DNA from: an uncultured Armatimonadetes bacterium
GTDB lineage: Bacteria; Armatimonadota; UBA5829; DTJY01
DNA length: 64,000 nt
Direction: 5' to 3'
Assembly (NCBI GenBank): GCA_963717145.1
Contig: OY970325.1
Span: forward strand, 5,120,001-5,184,000
This document shows positions 37,795-46,727 of the stretch, in pieces. Numbering within the stretch: the first letter of the stretch is position 1; each line of letters begins with the position of its first letter. The notes beneath the pieces are model-generated. The model searched no databases. It saw only the letters and a program-made list of their open reading frames with translations, and was not told where the DNA came from. Both the position numbers and the translations under genes were made by a program.

Positions 37795-39486
37795 GAAGGC
37801 ACGAGCTTGACGGCATCCGCAAGTACGTTCCCGTCCGCGTCATTGGTGAATATGATCGAGCCCGTCTTCCCCGCCTCGAAGGTGTGTGTGCCGAGGCTCG
37901 TCCACTCGCCCTTCGTCGTGCGGAGATCGATCAGCAGCGTCAGCCTTCCCATCGGCGGACTGAACGGTGACCGGCGCGTTGCTCGCATGGTCGCCGGCCA
38001 CATCGGGGCCGAACCACGCGTACACCGTGTACTCTCCCGCTGACGGAATCTCGGGCGTGAAGACGGCCGTCGCGTCGCCCTTGCCCTTCCATGCCCAATG
38101 CGTGCCGAGGTAGTAGCCGATCTGAGCGCTGCTCGTGTTCTGCGCGGTCAGCCAGTCGCCGGTGAACGTCACACCGGGATCGCTGTCATCGACGACGATG
38201 GCGTCCGTCTCTTCCTTCGGGTGCTCCGGAGCTTTGGCGAAGACATTGAAGCCCACCTGCAGGTCGGCGTTCACGGAATTCGTGATCGCCTGAGGACCGC
38301 CCATGCGGTTGCTCGTGACGATCGCTGACTTCGACTTGCCCCTGAGCGCGACCTGCGGCCCGGTGCCCTGGAAGTTGCAGGCGTTCACGATGATATGTCC
38401 GCCGAACTGCTCGATCGCCGGCGTCTTATTCTGCTTGCTGTCCCATCCGAGGAAGTTGCACCCGTTGAAACTCACCATGCCCGTTCCGGCGACGCGGGCG
38501 ATCTGGTCCGAGCTGCCCCAGTATGAGCAGTTCGAGAACTGGACGACGCCCGTATGAGTATCCCTCACGACGACTTCGCACGGCTTGTCGCCCCCGAAAC
38601 TCACGAACTCGCCATTTGTGAAGAGCAGTCCCGGCGACTGAGTCTGTTCCACAAGGACGGCAATGTTGGCCGCATCGACCCCGCAGCCGAGGAAGTTGCC
38701 GTTCGTCGCGCCCTCCGGTCCCGCGGTGAAGCGCATCCCGATCCCGTAGCCGAAGCAGAAGAAGTTGAATACGTACTCCCAGTCGGTCCGCGCGAAGATC
38801 ATCGCCTCGCCGTTTTTCCAGAGCCATTCGCGGATGCCGGACTCGGCGTCCCACTTCCAGAACGGCCAGAAATGCACGTTCTCGATCCGGCCGACATCGT
38901 AGCACTTGTCGATGGAGATCCCGCGTCTCAGCGGCTGGCCGTAGAGGTTGCGGATGTAATGCCGTCCCGATGCGTTCGAGGCGAAATCGACGCCCTGGTA
39001 GGGGTTCACCAGCAGGCAGTCGATGATCGAGGAGTTGTCCCCGCCCGCGCAGGCGAGGCACCAGGGGTAGGGGACGATGCTCTCCGGCTTCTGATCGGGG
39101 TAATAGACGATCATCCCCTTGAGGGCCGAATTCATGCCGATCGTGATGAAGGGCGTCCCCTCTTCCGATCCCGCGCCCTCGACCGCCAGGAGCGTGCTCC
39201 CGCTCATCTGGGCGAAGGCGGTCGGGATCTTCCACACTCCCTCGAGGGTGACCTTCGATGGAATGTTGAGGTGTGTCTTGATCATGTAGTTGCCGACCGG
39301 GACGGAGACTGTTCCACCCTTCTCGGCGACGGCGGCCATCGCATCGGTGAACGCCTTGGTGTCGTCCGTGACTCCGTCGCCCTTAGCGCCGTAGTCCCTG
39401 ACATCGACCTGCGATGGCTGGGCGCACGAGGCCGAGCAGCCGAAAGCGATGAGAACCGCCAGCAGAATCAGCATGTAGTTGCCCAA
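37788..39486 (-). CDS. Secreted pectate_lyase_3/GH28-related beta-helix protein with C-terminal golvesin/Xly-CBD-like domain (frameshift at ~37945)
   Basis: VRDYGAKGDGVTDDTKAF, DVGRIENVHFWP; VDDSD...W...GEYTVYAW and GEWTSLG.HTF...ADAVKL; TTG start with GGAGGAG RBS. Confidence 0.8.
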
Positions 39487-39551
39487 TGAGTCTCCTCCAG
39501 TTGGTTAGTCTTCACACATGCACCGTTCAAGTGCAGAGCGCCCATCACCTT

Positions 39552-40274
39552 CTTGTGGGAGGCGACTCCAGTCGGCGATCTCCGCGCCGAGGCCACCTTG
39601 TGGGAGGCGACTCCAGTCGGCGATCAGCGGTAATGGGGTGGCATCCTTTGTGGATCGAAGTGATAGTCGCTGCGTACAAGAACCGGCATTGACGGCCCTA
39701 GCCACCCCCAGTCGATTTCCTCCGCAAACCGTGCTGCTGTTGAATATGCCCATAGATCAGCGGAATCAGCCAGGCCGGCGAGCACCGGGTTATTGTGCAC
39801 ATATGCAAGTATGTCATCGAAATCAGACCGATCCCTGACCAGGTGCTCGTAGTAGCCATCCTGCCAGAACGGACCGGCACGCCCCAGATTCTCATTCATT
39901 CTGCGTGCGGTGAATTTCCCCAGGCTGGCAAGGACGCTGTCCAGGGTCTTGTCTGCTCGCAGACCCACTATGGCGTGGTAATGATCAGGCATGATGCAGA
40001 AACCCAGAACTCGCAACCACCCCTGGTCACGTGCCCACAGCAGACTGCCTATTACGACGTCAGCGTTCTTTGTCTGGGTCAGTATGCCGCCCAATGCACG
40101 GTCGACACACTTTGTAATGAAGTATGTCTGACCTGGATAGGAGAGTCTGCCTCTGCGAAGATCCGCACTGTGTGGTTTATCAGCAGGAATAGGCACTCTG
40201 TTACCCCCGAGATGGTTTCGCCGACTGGAGTCGCCTCCCACAAGAGTCATCGCCGACTGGAGTCGCCTCCCACA
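39552..40274. mobile_element. REPtron: RAYT gene flanked by four cognate GTGG REPs (GTGGGAGGCGACTCCAGTCGGCGA)
   Basis: REPs at 39552-39580 and 39597-39625 (forward), 40218-40244 and 40249-40274 (reverse), facing the gene. Confidence 0.88.
39624..40196 (-). CDS. rayT: REP-associated tyrosine transposase (RAYT / TnpA-REP, Y1 HUH)
   Basis: LRRGRLSYPGQTYFIT, IMPDHYH (HUH), FWQDGYYEHLVRD, AYVHNNPVLAGL, W.YS; visibly lower GC than neighbours; GTG start inferred. Confidence 0.92.
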   Translation of the reverse strand: MPIPADKPHSADLRRGRLSYPGQTYFITKCVDRALGGILTQTKNADVVIGSLLWARDQGWLRVLGFCIMPDHYHAIVGLRADKTLDSVLASLGKFTARRMNENLGRAGPFWQDGYYEHLVRDRSDFDDILAYVHNNPVLAGLADSADLWAYSTAARFAEEIDWGWLGPSMPVLVRSDYHFDPQRMPPHYR

Positions 40275-41422
40275 TGGCTGCCGTACTCGTATGCCGCGTC
40301 GAAAAGCGCGAGGATGCTCTCCGGCGGGATGTCCGCCTGGATGTTGTGTACGTTGTTGAAGACATACCCGCCGCCGGGCTTGAACGCCTCGATGTTGCGT
40401 CGGACCTCCTCCCGAATGCGTTCCGGCGATGCGTTCGGCAGGATCCTCTGCGCATCGATCCCGCCGCCCCAGAAGGTCAGCTTGTCGCCGAACCGCGCCT
40501 TCAGGTCGCCCGGATTCATGTTCTCCGCGCTGATCTGCACCGGGTTCAGGATGTCGATCCCGTTGTCGAGCAGGTCGGGGATGTACTCCACGACCGAGCC
40601 GCAGGAGTGATACCAGATCTTTGCGCTCGTCCGCGACTTGATGTACTGCACGAGCGCCTTGTGTCGCGGCTTCACGATCGAGCGGTAGATCCTCGGCGGG
40701 AAGAGCGGCCCGTTCTGCGCGGCCAGGTCGTCGCCGATCATTATCACATCCACCACATCGCCGACCTCATCGAGGAAGAGCCGGAACCAGTCGAGCCAGA
40801 ACTTGAGCGTGCGGTCGATGATCGCCTCGAGGATCGCCGGGTGATCGAGCATATCCATGAAAAGCTGTTCGAGCCCGCGCATGTACCAGCAGATCTCGTA
40901 GACGACTCCCGAGATGCCGCTGATGACGGGGTAGGGCGTCTCGCGTTTCAAGGTGAGCGCGCGATCCCTCAGGCCGTCGAAGCGCGTCGGGTCGTCGCCC
41001 CTGGGGAATGGGTAATCCTCGATCTCATTGAGTGACATCCCCGCGAGCGGATGGTGGGAGATGTCGAAGTAGTACGGGAAGTCCTCCGGCATCGACCACG
41101 TGACGCCGAACTCGTCGGTGAAGTCGCTCCATACGCGGCCATTCCGCTCGCGCTTGACCACCTCGGCGTTGAAGCTCTTCGCGCCACCGGCGGAGACGTA
41201 CCGCGTGTCCACATGGAGACGCTCCAGGACCGCCTCCGAGGGCTTCGCGAGTTGTTGCACGAGGTCCATGATCTCGATCTCTTCCCGAAGACCGAGGTGG
41301 TCGATCAGCTTCTGATACGCGAACTTGTGGATGCCGGTCTGGTTGCCGCCGAGGTCGATCGGCACTCGGTCCGGCTCCCGGTGATCCAGTGCAGTGAGCA
41401 GGCGTTCACGCGGTGTCATCAT
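40247..41422 (-). CDS. Uroporphyrinogen decarboxylase-family (URO-D/MtaA-CmuA superfamily) protein
   Basis: MTPRERLL.AL.H.EPDRVPIDLG, DEFGV.W, GDDL..Q, HSCG, LNPVQ, FWGGGIDAQ, GGGYVFNNVHNIQ. Confidence 0.9.
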   Translation of the reverse strand: MMTPRERLLTALDHREPDRVPIDLGGNQTGIHKFAYQKLIDHLGLREEIEIMDLVQQLAKPSEAVLERLHVDTRYVSAGGAKSFNAEVVKRERNGRVWSDFTDEFGVTWSMPEDFPYYFDISHHPLAGMSLNEIEDYPFPRGDDPTRFDGLRDRALTLKRETPYPVISGISGVVYEICWYMRGLEQLFMDMLDHPAILEAIIDRTLKFWLDWFRLFLDEVGDVVDVIMIGDDLAAQNGPLFPPRIYRSIVKPRHKALVQYIKSRTSAKIWYHSCGSVVEYIPDLLDNGIDILNPVQISAENMNPGDLKARFGDKLTFWGGGIDAQRILPNASPERIREEVRRNIEAFKPGGGYVFNNVHNIQADIPPESILALFDAAYEYGSHVGGDSSRR

Positions 41423-41443
41423 GGCGTGTCACTCCTTCAGCCT

Positions 41444-41535
41444 GTAGTGGCCGTGCCTCCGCGCCGGCCATGCGACGTTGGAGGCCGGCACGGAGGCACG
41501 GCCACTACAGGGCGGGCGTAGAAGCCCGCCCCTAC
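41444..41535. repeat. Composite GTAG-REP cluster
   Basis: GTAGTGGCCGTGCCTCCG doublet (41444-41508) plus GTAGGGGCGGGCTTCTACGCCCGCCC on the minus strand (41510-41535). Confidence 0.82.
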
Positions 41536-42946
41536 ATCCCCTGAGGGCAGGCCACGTCGAAGCCGAGGTAGTAGCCGAGCGCCTCGGTCACCGCCGGGAC
41601 AACGCTCCCGGGCGTCACGCTGACGTGATGCCGATGCCCGTTCTGCGCAACATACATCAGTACATCCTGCAGCCGGTCGATTCGTGCGACGCCCGCGCAG
41701 CCGAAGAAGCTTTCCGGAATCGGGTCGTCTGTGAACTGACCGTCGCCGAGGTAGAACTTGAGCATTCCCTCTTCAGTCAGCATGCTCGCGAAGGTGAACG
41801 GCGATGGCTTGATCCGCCCGACGTTGCAGCCGTAGGAGCAGCCCTGACCGACGGCATTGCTGAGTATCGCGTGCTCCGTTACGTTGCCCTTTGCGGTCAT
41901 CATCGACTGAGGGACCGGGCCGCAGTGGAAGAGTATGCACTTGTCATCGTCGGTGCCGTAGTTGTTGTTCCAGTCCAGGCACGCCGCGACGTCCCCGGAC
42001 GCTTTACTGATGGCATACATCGAGACGGCGTTGCCTACATCGACCTCGCACGCGGCGTTGACCAGCCGGTTGTTCATCTCTGAGAGCAGCACGCAGGGCG
42101 AGATGCCCAAGACCTGCTGCATCTCGACCCAGCAGCGCACGGCGATCGCATCGAGTTCGTTTTCCTCGATGATCTTATCGATGACGACGCCCATCTTCAC
42201 CAGGACATCGAAAGCCTTCTCCGGCACCCCCGAGAAGTTGGTGTAGCCGTTCAGCGCGTTCTTCTTATCCTTATATCCGGCGTCGTTCGGCGAGATGCTC
42301 TTCAGCCGGTGGAAGACGTCCGACAGGTCGAAGGTCTCCATCGTGATCCCGTGACGCTCGAGCGCAAGTTCATCGATGCGCACCGTCTTGAAAGCGCTCG
42401 TCCGTGCGCCGATCGCGCCGACCCTCATCCGCTTGAGCGCGCCGACGACCCGGCATACGCGGTCGAAGTGATCGACGTTCGCCGCGAATCTCGGGCTGTC
42501 CGGCGCGACTGTGTGCGGCGCGAGGACTGTGAACTGGACGCCGGCCTGGTAGAACACGTCGCAAACCGACATCTTGCCGCAGAACGAGTCACGTCGAAGC
42601 TCGGGGCCATCTTATCGAGGTCATCGGGGTAAGCCTGGACGAAGATCGGGACGCCCGCATCCCTGAGGGCCGCGACAGCTCCGGTCTCATCGCCGAAATT
42701 CGGCAGAGAGAGGATGACTCCATCGAATTCCCCCGCGTGTGCCTTGAGGAACTTCGCGTAGACCTCGCCCTCCGCCGGCGTTTCGATCGCGCCGTGACGC
42801 GTCGCGCCCGCATCGAGCATCAAAGTCTCGTGCCCCAATGCCTTCAGGGCCTTGTCCACCTCGACCCTCGCGGATGCCATTAGGGCGCCGGGGAAGAACC
42901 CTCGGTTGCCGAAGTACAAAGCGAATCTCGACTTGCCACTTGCCAT
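41532..42946 (-). CDS. L-fucose/L-arabinose isomerase family protein (frameshift at ~42603)
   Basis: GNRGFFP, LPNFGDE, RRDSFCGKMS, AVRCW, ACEVD, DWNNNY, LFHCG, HHV. Confidence 0.85.
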
Positions 42947-42985
42947 ATCAACACTTCCTTTCCTGTTTGCTACCTGGAGAATCAC

Positions 42986-43096
42986 CACCGTCAGTCCTGA
43001 GTAGCCGGTGAATGACGGCATAACGAAGGACGGCTCGGTGCAATAAGACCGTCCTTCGTTATGCCGTCATTCACCGGCTACTCAGGACTGACGGTG
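42986..43096. repeat. Palindromic element (GTCAGTCCTGAG...CGAAGGAC family), copy 2
   Basis: Perfect arms of about 48 bp; loop is the reverse complement of the copy 1 loop. Confidence 0.9.
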
Positions 43097-43119
43097 ACGG
43101 CCCCTTGAGATGTGATTCC

Positions 43120-44046
43120 TCAAGAGGGAAGATGGAGCCGCGACGCCGTGCCCTCGATGTGGTAGACGTCGCATATCAACTGCCTCATCTTCTCGGTGAC
43201 GGCCTTCTGTCCGGCCTGGACGCTGCCCGTCTCGTCCAGCGCCTTCAAGTATGGCTGGCGGATGTCCGTCCCGATATTGATCTTCGCGATTCCATTGCGA
43301 ATTGCCTGCTCGATGTACGAATGATGTATGCCCGAACCGCCGTGCAGGACGAGCGGGATGCCGGTCGCATCGTGAAGCAGCCGCAGGTGTTCGATATCGA
43401 GCTTCGCCTGCACCTTCGCCTGATGCCTGGCCGACGGGGCGATCGCTCCGTGGACCGATCCGACCGACACCGACAGCCAATCCACGCCGGTTTCCTCGAC
43501 GAACCTGCGCGCCTCATCGACTCGCGTGAATCCCGCCTTCTGCGCGAAAAGCTCCTCATATGGAGGCATCGGCCCCGACTCGTGCCCGAGCACCGATCCG
43601 AGTTCGGCCTCCGCGAGCGCTCCCGCCGAGTGCGCCATCCGCACGACTTCCGTGGTCACGGCGATGTTTTCCTCGAGGGAGAGCCGCGAGCCGTCGATCA
43701 TCACGGAATCGTAGCCGAGATCGAGCGCCTCCTGGATGAGCGACTTCCAGTCACAGACGAGCCCATCCTCATCTATCACCGGCGTGTGATCGAGGTGCAG
43801 CCTCGTGACTCGAGTGTCGGCGTGTCGGCCGAACTCCTCCGCGACCGCGGAAGGGCTTATCGCCTCGAACTTGGTGAACTCCAGGCGCGCGACCTCGATC
43901 AGCGCGAATGTGTCGTGCTCGGCCAGCGCCCCCGCGACGGGCTCGAGCATCGGCAGGTACGGGATGTTGAACGCGGGCACGACGATCCCGTTCCGCGCCG
44001 CCGCCAACATTATCCCCGCCAGTTCATTCGGCGCTCTCTCAATCAT
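43120..44046 (-). CDS. Class II ketose-bisphosphate aldolase (FBA/tagatose type)
   Basis: VPAFN, LHLDH, GYDSVMIDGS, EAELG, VGSVHG, PLVLHGGSG, GIAKINIGT. Confidence 0.92.
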   Translation of the reverse strand: MIERAPNELAGIMLAAARNGIVVPAFNIPYLPMLEPVAGALAEHDTFALIEVARLEFTKFEAISPSAVAEEFGRHADTRVTRLHLDHTPVIDEDGLVCDWKSLIQEALDLGYDSVMIDGSRLSLEENIAVTTEVVRMAHSAGALAEAELGSVLGHESGPMPPYEELFAQKAGFTRVDEARRFVEETGVDWLSVSVGSVHGAIAPSARHQAKVQAKLDIEHLRLLHDATGIPLVLHGGSGIHHSYIEQAIRNGIAKINIGTDIRQPYLKALDETGSVQAGQKAVTEKMRQLICDVYHIEGTASRLHLPS

Positions 44047-44064
44047 TTACATCCTCCATTGTCC

Positions 44065-44185
44065 GTAGGGGAGGCCTTCAACGGCCTCCCGTGGGCGACC
44101 GTAGAAGGATCGCCCCTACGGTTGTCGGGCGGGCGTGGAAGCCCGCCCCTACGGTTGCCGGGCGGGCGTGGAAGCCCGCCACTAC
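44065..44185. repeat. Cluster of four GTAG-REP units
   Basis: GTAGGGGAGGCCTTCAACGGCCTCCC forward, then three reverse units ending in CCCTAC/CACTAC, two of type GGGCGGGCGTGGAAGCCCGCC. Confidence 0.8.
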
Positions 44186-45237
44186 TTCTTCAGCGCCCCG
44201 AGGTAATTCCCGAATCCTACGACGATGGTGGACGCGATCAGCACGATGATCCCCGCGAAGACGATGTTGTGCGTCCGTCGGCTCGTGCCCTTCCACTCGT
44301 GGAACAGGAGCGCCCACATGTTGCTGAAGACGATGATGAACGCCATGTGGATCGTCCAGCTCGAGAACTTGTACGCTCCCATCTTGGTGGTGCCCATGCC
44401 GTAGAACATGAATTGGCAATACCACGTGATCCCCGCGAGCGCCGAGAAGATGTAGTTCGATGCGAGTGATCTGCGGTCGCCCTGGATGTAGTTGATCGCC
44501 GTCCGGTTGCGGTAGTTAAGGATCGCGCACCAGACAAAGTTTGTCAGAAATCCGCCGGCGGCGACTACTATGAGGACTGGCGAGTTCACCCACAGGTTGC
44601 CGGTTCCCATGCCCTCAGCCAGCTTAGCGATCGGTTCGCCCGCCGCAAGCCCGTAGGCCCAGCACGCACTCATCACGCCGGCGAAGATCGCGATCCAGAG
44701 ACCCTTCCTGAAGTTGAACTCACTGATCGTCGCTTGCTTCTGATCGGTCGTGAGTTCGCCTTCCTTTCTCATGCCCGCTCTGCCGCAGACTGCGATCCCC
44801 GCCAGACAGACGAGCACGCCAAGGAGGACGGTCTGTCCCGAGAGCTTCGATACCAGATCACCGAACTCGTGATTGAAGATCGGCGGGATGATCGTGCCGA
44901 ACGCCGCACAGAATCCGAGCGCCAGGGCGTAACCTAGCGACATCCCGAGGTAGCGCATCGAGAGTCCAAACGTCAGGCCGCCGATCCCCCAGAGCACACC
45001 GAACCCAAACGCAAGTAGGATGCTCTTCACCGGGGCATTGGTCAGTACTCCCATGAGGTTCGGGCATACGAGCAGGGCTACGACCCACGGTGCCACGATC
45101 CAGGCGAAGAATCCGCTGACGAGCCAGTAGCTCTCCCACGCCCACTTGCGGACTCTCTTGAACGGGATGTAGAAGCTCCCGGCCGCGAACCCGCCGATTG
45201 CGTGCAGTACGACGCCGAGAAAAGGATTAGGTCCCAC
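44182..45237 (-). CDS. rhaT: L-rhamnose/proton symporter RhaT family
   Basis: H.IG...AGSFYIPFKRV.KW.WE.YW, LWGIGGLTFGL.MRYLG.SLG, GVMSA, W..QF.FYGMG, SW..HM, EWKG. Confidence 0.92.
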   Translation of the reverse strand: MGPNPFLGVVLHAIGGFAAGSFYIPFKRVRKWAWESYWLVSGFFAWIVAPWVVALLVCPNLMGVLTNAPVKSILLAFGFGVLWGIGGLTFGLSMRYLGMSLGYALALGFCAAFGTIIPPIFNHEFGDLVSKLSGQTVLLGVLVCLAGIAVCGRAGMRKEGELTTDQKQATISEFNFRKGLWIAIFAGVMSACWAYGLAAGEPIAKLAEGMGTGNLWVNSPVLIVVAAGGFLTNFVWCAILNYRNRTAINYIQGDRRSLASNYIFSALAGITWYCQFMFYGMGTTKMGAYKFSSWTIHMAFIIVFSNMWALLFHEWKGTSRRTHNIVFAGIIVLIASTIVVGFGNYLGALKK

Positions 45238-45270
45238 TCCGAGTTACCCCCTTGCCGACAATGTCAACGC

Positions 45271-45299
45271 ATTCTACCACGCACGCCACGTGGAAACAA
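45271..45299 (-). promoter_or_regulatory. Putative promoter of the rhaT operon
   Basis: TTGTTT-17 nt-TAGAAT with extended -10 TG. Confidence 0.45.
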
Positions 45300-45344
45300 G
45301 GCGAGGTCTTTGGAGTGCGATGTCGAGCCATCGCACTCCAAAGC

Positions 45345-46727
45345 TTACATCCAGGACGTCGATGCGTCCCAGCGCCTCAGAACGCGGTCCAGATCGACGG
45401 ATATCTCAGACGCACGCGCCTCATCGGCGAGGTTCCGCATCTCGTAGGGATCGGACGCGAGGTCATAGACTTGAGCCGGGCGGTCCGACAGAGTGTGAGT
45501 CTTCTCCTGGAACGGAACGAAGTACAGGTGATCGGTGCTCCTGACCGCCGCTCCGTTTGCGGTCTCGACGAACGCATGCGGTCGATCAGTCACCTGGGAC
45601 TTCCCTCGGATGACCGGGGCGAGGCTGATGCCGTGCACATGGGGCTCCGATGGCGCACCGACGAGGTCGAGCAGCGTCGGCATCAGGTCCACCAGGGAGG
45701 CGACCTGCCGATCCGCGACCATGCCGGATGCCATCCCGGACGGCCAGCGAACGATCATCGGGATGCGGATCGCCTCCTGGTTCGGCCCGCCTTTCTGCAC
45801 CAGGCCGTGACTCCCCAGGTTGTCGCCGTGATCCGACGTGAGCACGACGATCGTGTTCTCCGCCAGCCCCGTGTCATCCAGCGCGCGCAGCATTTTGCCC
45901 ACCGCGTCGTCGGCCCAGGTGGTCAATCCATAGTACTCCGCGATCAGCGCGCGGAGGTCGTATCCCTCCGGCAGATGCTCCGTGTAGGGGAGCTTCATCT
46001 CGTAGTAGCGGAAATCATAGCGGTAGATTTTGAACCAGTGGTCCTGGTCCTTCAATCGCTCGGTCAGATCGACGTTCGGGCGGATGGGAACGTCCTCCGG
46101 GCGATACATCCCCAGGTACTTCTCCGGCGCATCGGCCACCGGACAATGGGGCGGCGAGATGCTGTGGTACAGGAAGAATGGACGGTCCTGATCCGCTTGC
46201 GCGCGCAGATATTCCGCCACGCGGGCGCTCTCGAAATCGACGCTGAATCCCTCCGGCGCGAACTCCGGCCCACCGTTCTCCGTGAAGCACTGTCCCGTAT
46301 GGCAGTGATGCACGCGCGGAATCACGTAGTGGTCGAAGCCGATGTCGTGCGGCCAGGAGTGAATGTGCCACTTGCCGATCGCTGAGGTGTGGTATCCGAG
46401 GTTCTTCAAGCATTCGGGGAGCGTCCGATCGGGGAGATGCGGACGGCCGCGGTCTGGGTATTCGGGCATGTGGCCCTGCCCGGGACGCCATGGGAAGCCG
46501 ACATTCGCGACCCCGCCGGTGCATGTCCGGTTGTACTGCCCGGAGAGCATGACCGAACGCGCGGCCATGCAGACCGGGAAGTTCGTGACAGCGGTCTCGA
46601 AGCGCACGCCTTCCGCGGCCAGCCGGTCGATGTTAGGCGTGCGGATTACCGCGTTCCCATAGCAGCCGACTTCGAATGGTCGCAACTGATCGAGGTTGCA
46701 CAGGATGATGTTTGGGCGCTTGGTCAT
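45345..46727 (-). CDS. Sulfatase (cytoplasmic, CxAxR variant)
   Basis: PNIILCNLDQLR, CMAARSVMLSG, GKWH, TSDHG, YDLASDPYEM. Confidence 0.9.
   Translation of the reverse strand: MTKRPNIILCNLDQLRPFEVGCYGNAVIRTPNIDRLAAEGVRFETAVTNFPVCMAARSVMLSGQYNRTCTGGVANVGFPWRPGQGHMPEYPDRGRPHLPDRTLPECLKNLGYHTSAIGKWHIHSWPHDIGFDHYVIPRVHHCHTGQCFTENGGPEFAPEGFSVDFESARVAEYLRAQADQDRPFFLYHSISPPHCPVADAPEKYLGMYRPEDVPIRPNVDLTERLKDQDHWFKIYRYDFRYYEMKLPYTEHLPEGYDLRALIAEYYGLTTWADDAVGKMLRALDDTGLAENTIVVLTSDHGDNLGSHGLVQKGGPNQEAIRIPMIVRWPSGMASGMVADRQVASLVDLMPTLLDLVGAPSEPHVHGISLAPVIRGKSQVTDRPHAFVETANGAAVRSTDHLYFVPFQEKTHTLSDRPAQVYDLASDPYEMRNLADEARASEISVDLDRVLRRWDASTSWM

Noticed and set aside
39552-39625. Direct repeats resembling a mini CRISPR array
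   Set aside because: Only two units with a ~16-nt gap, mirrored in inverted form across a RAYT gene; no cas genes; they are REPs
40247-41422. hemE (heme biosynthesis)
   Set aside because: Lacks the N-terminal W.MRQAGR motif of HemE; no tetrapyrrole genes nearby
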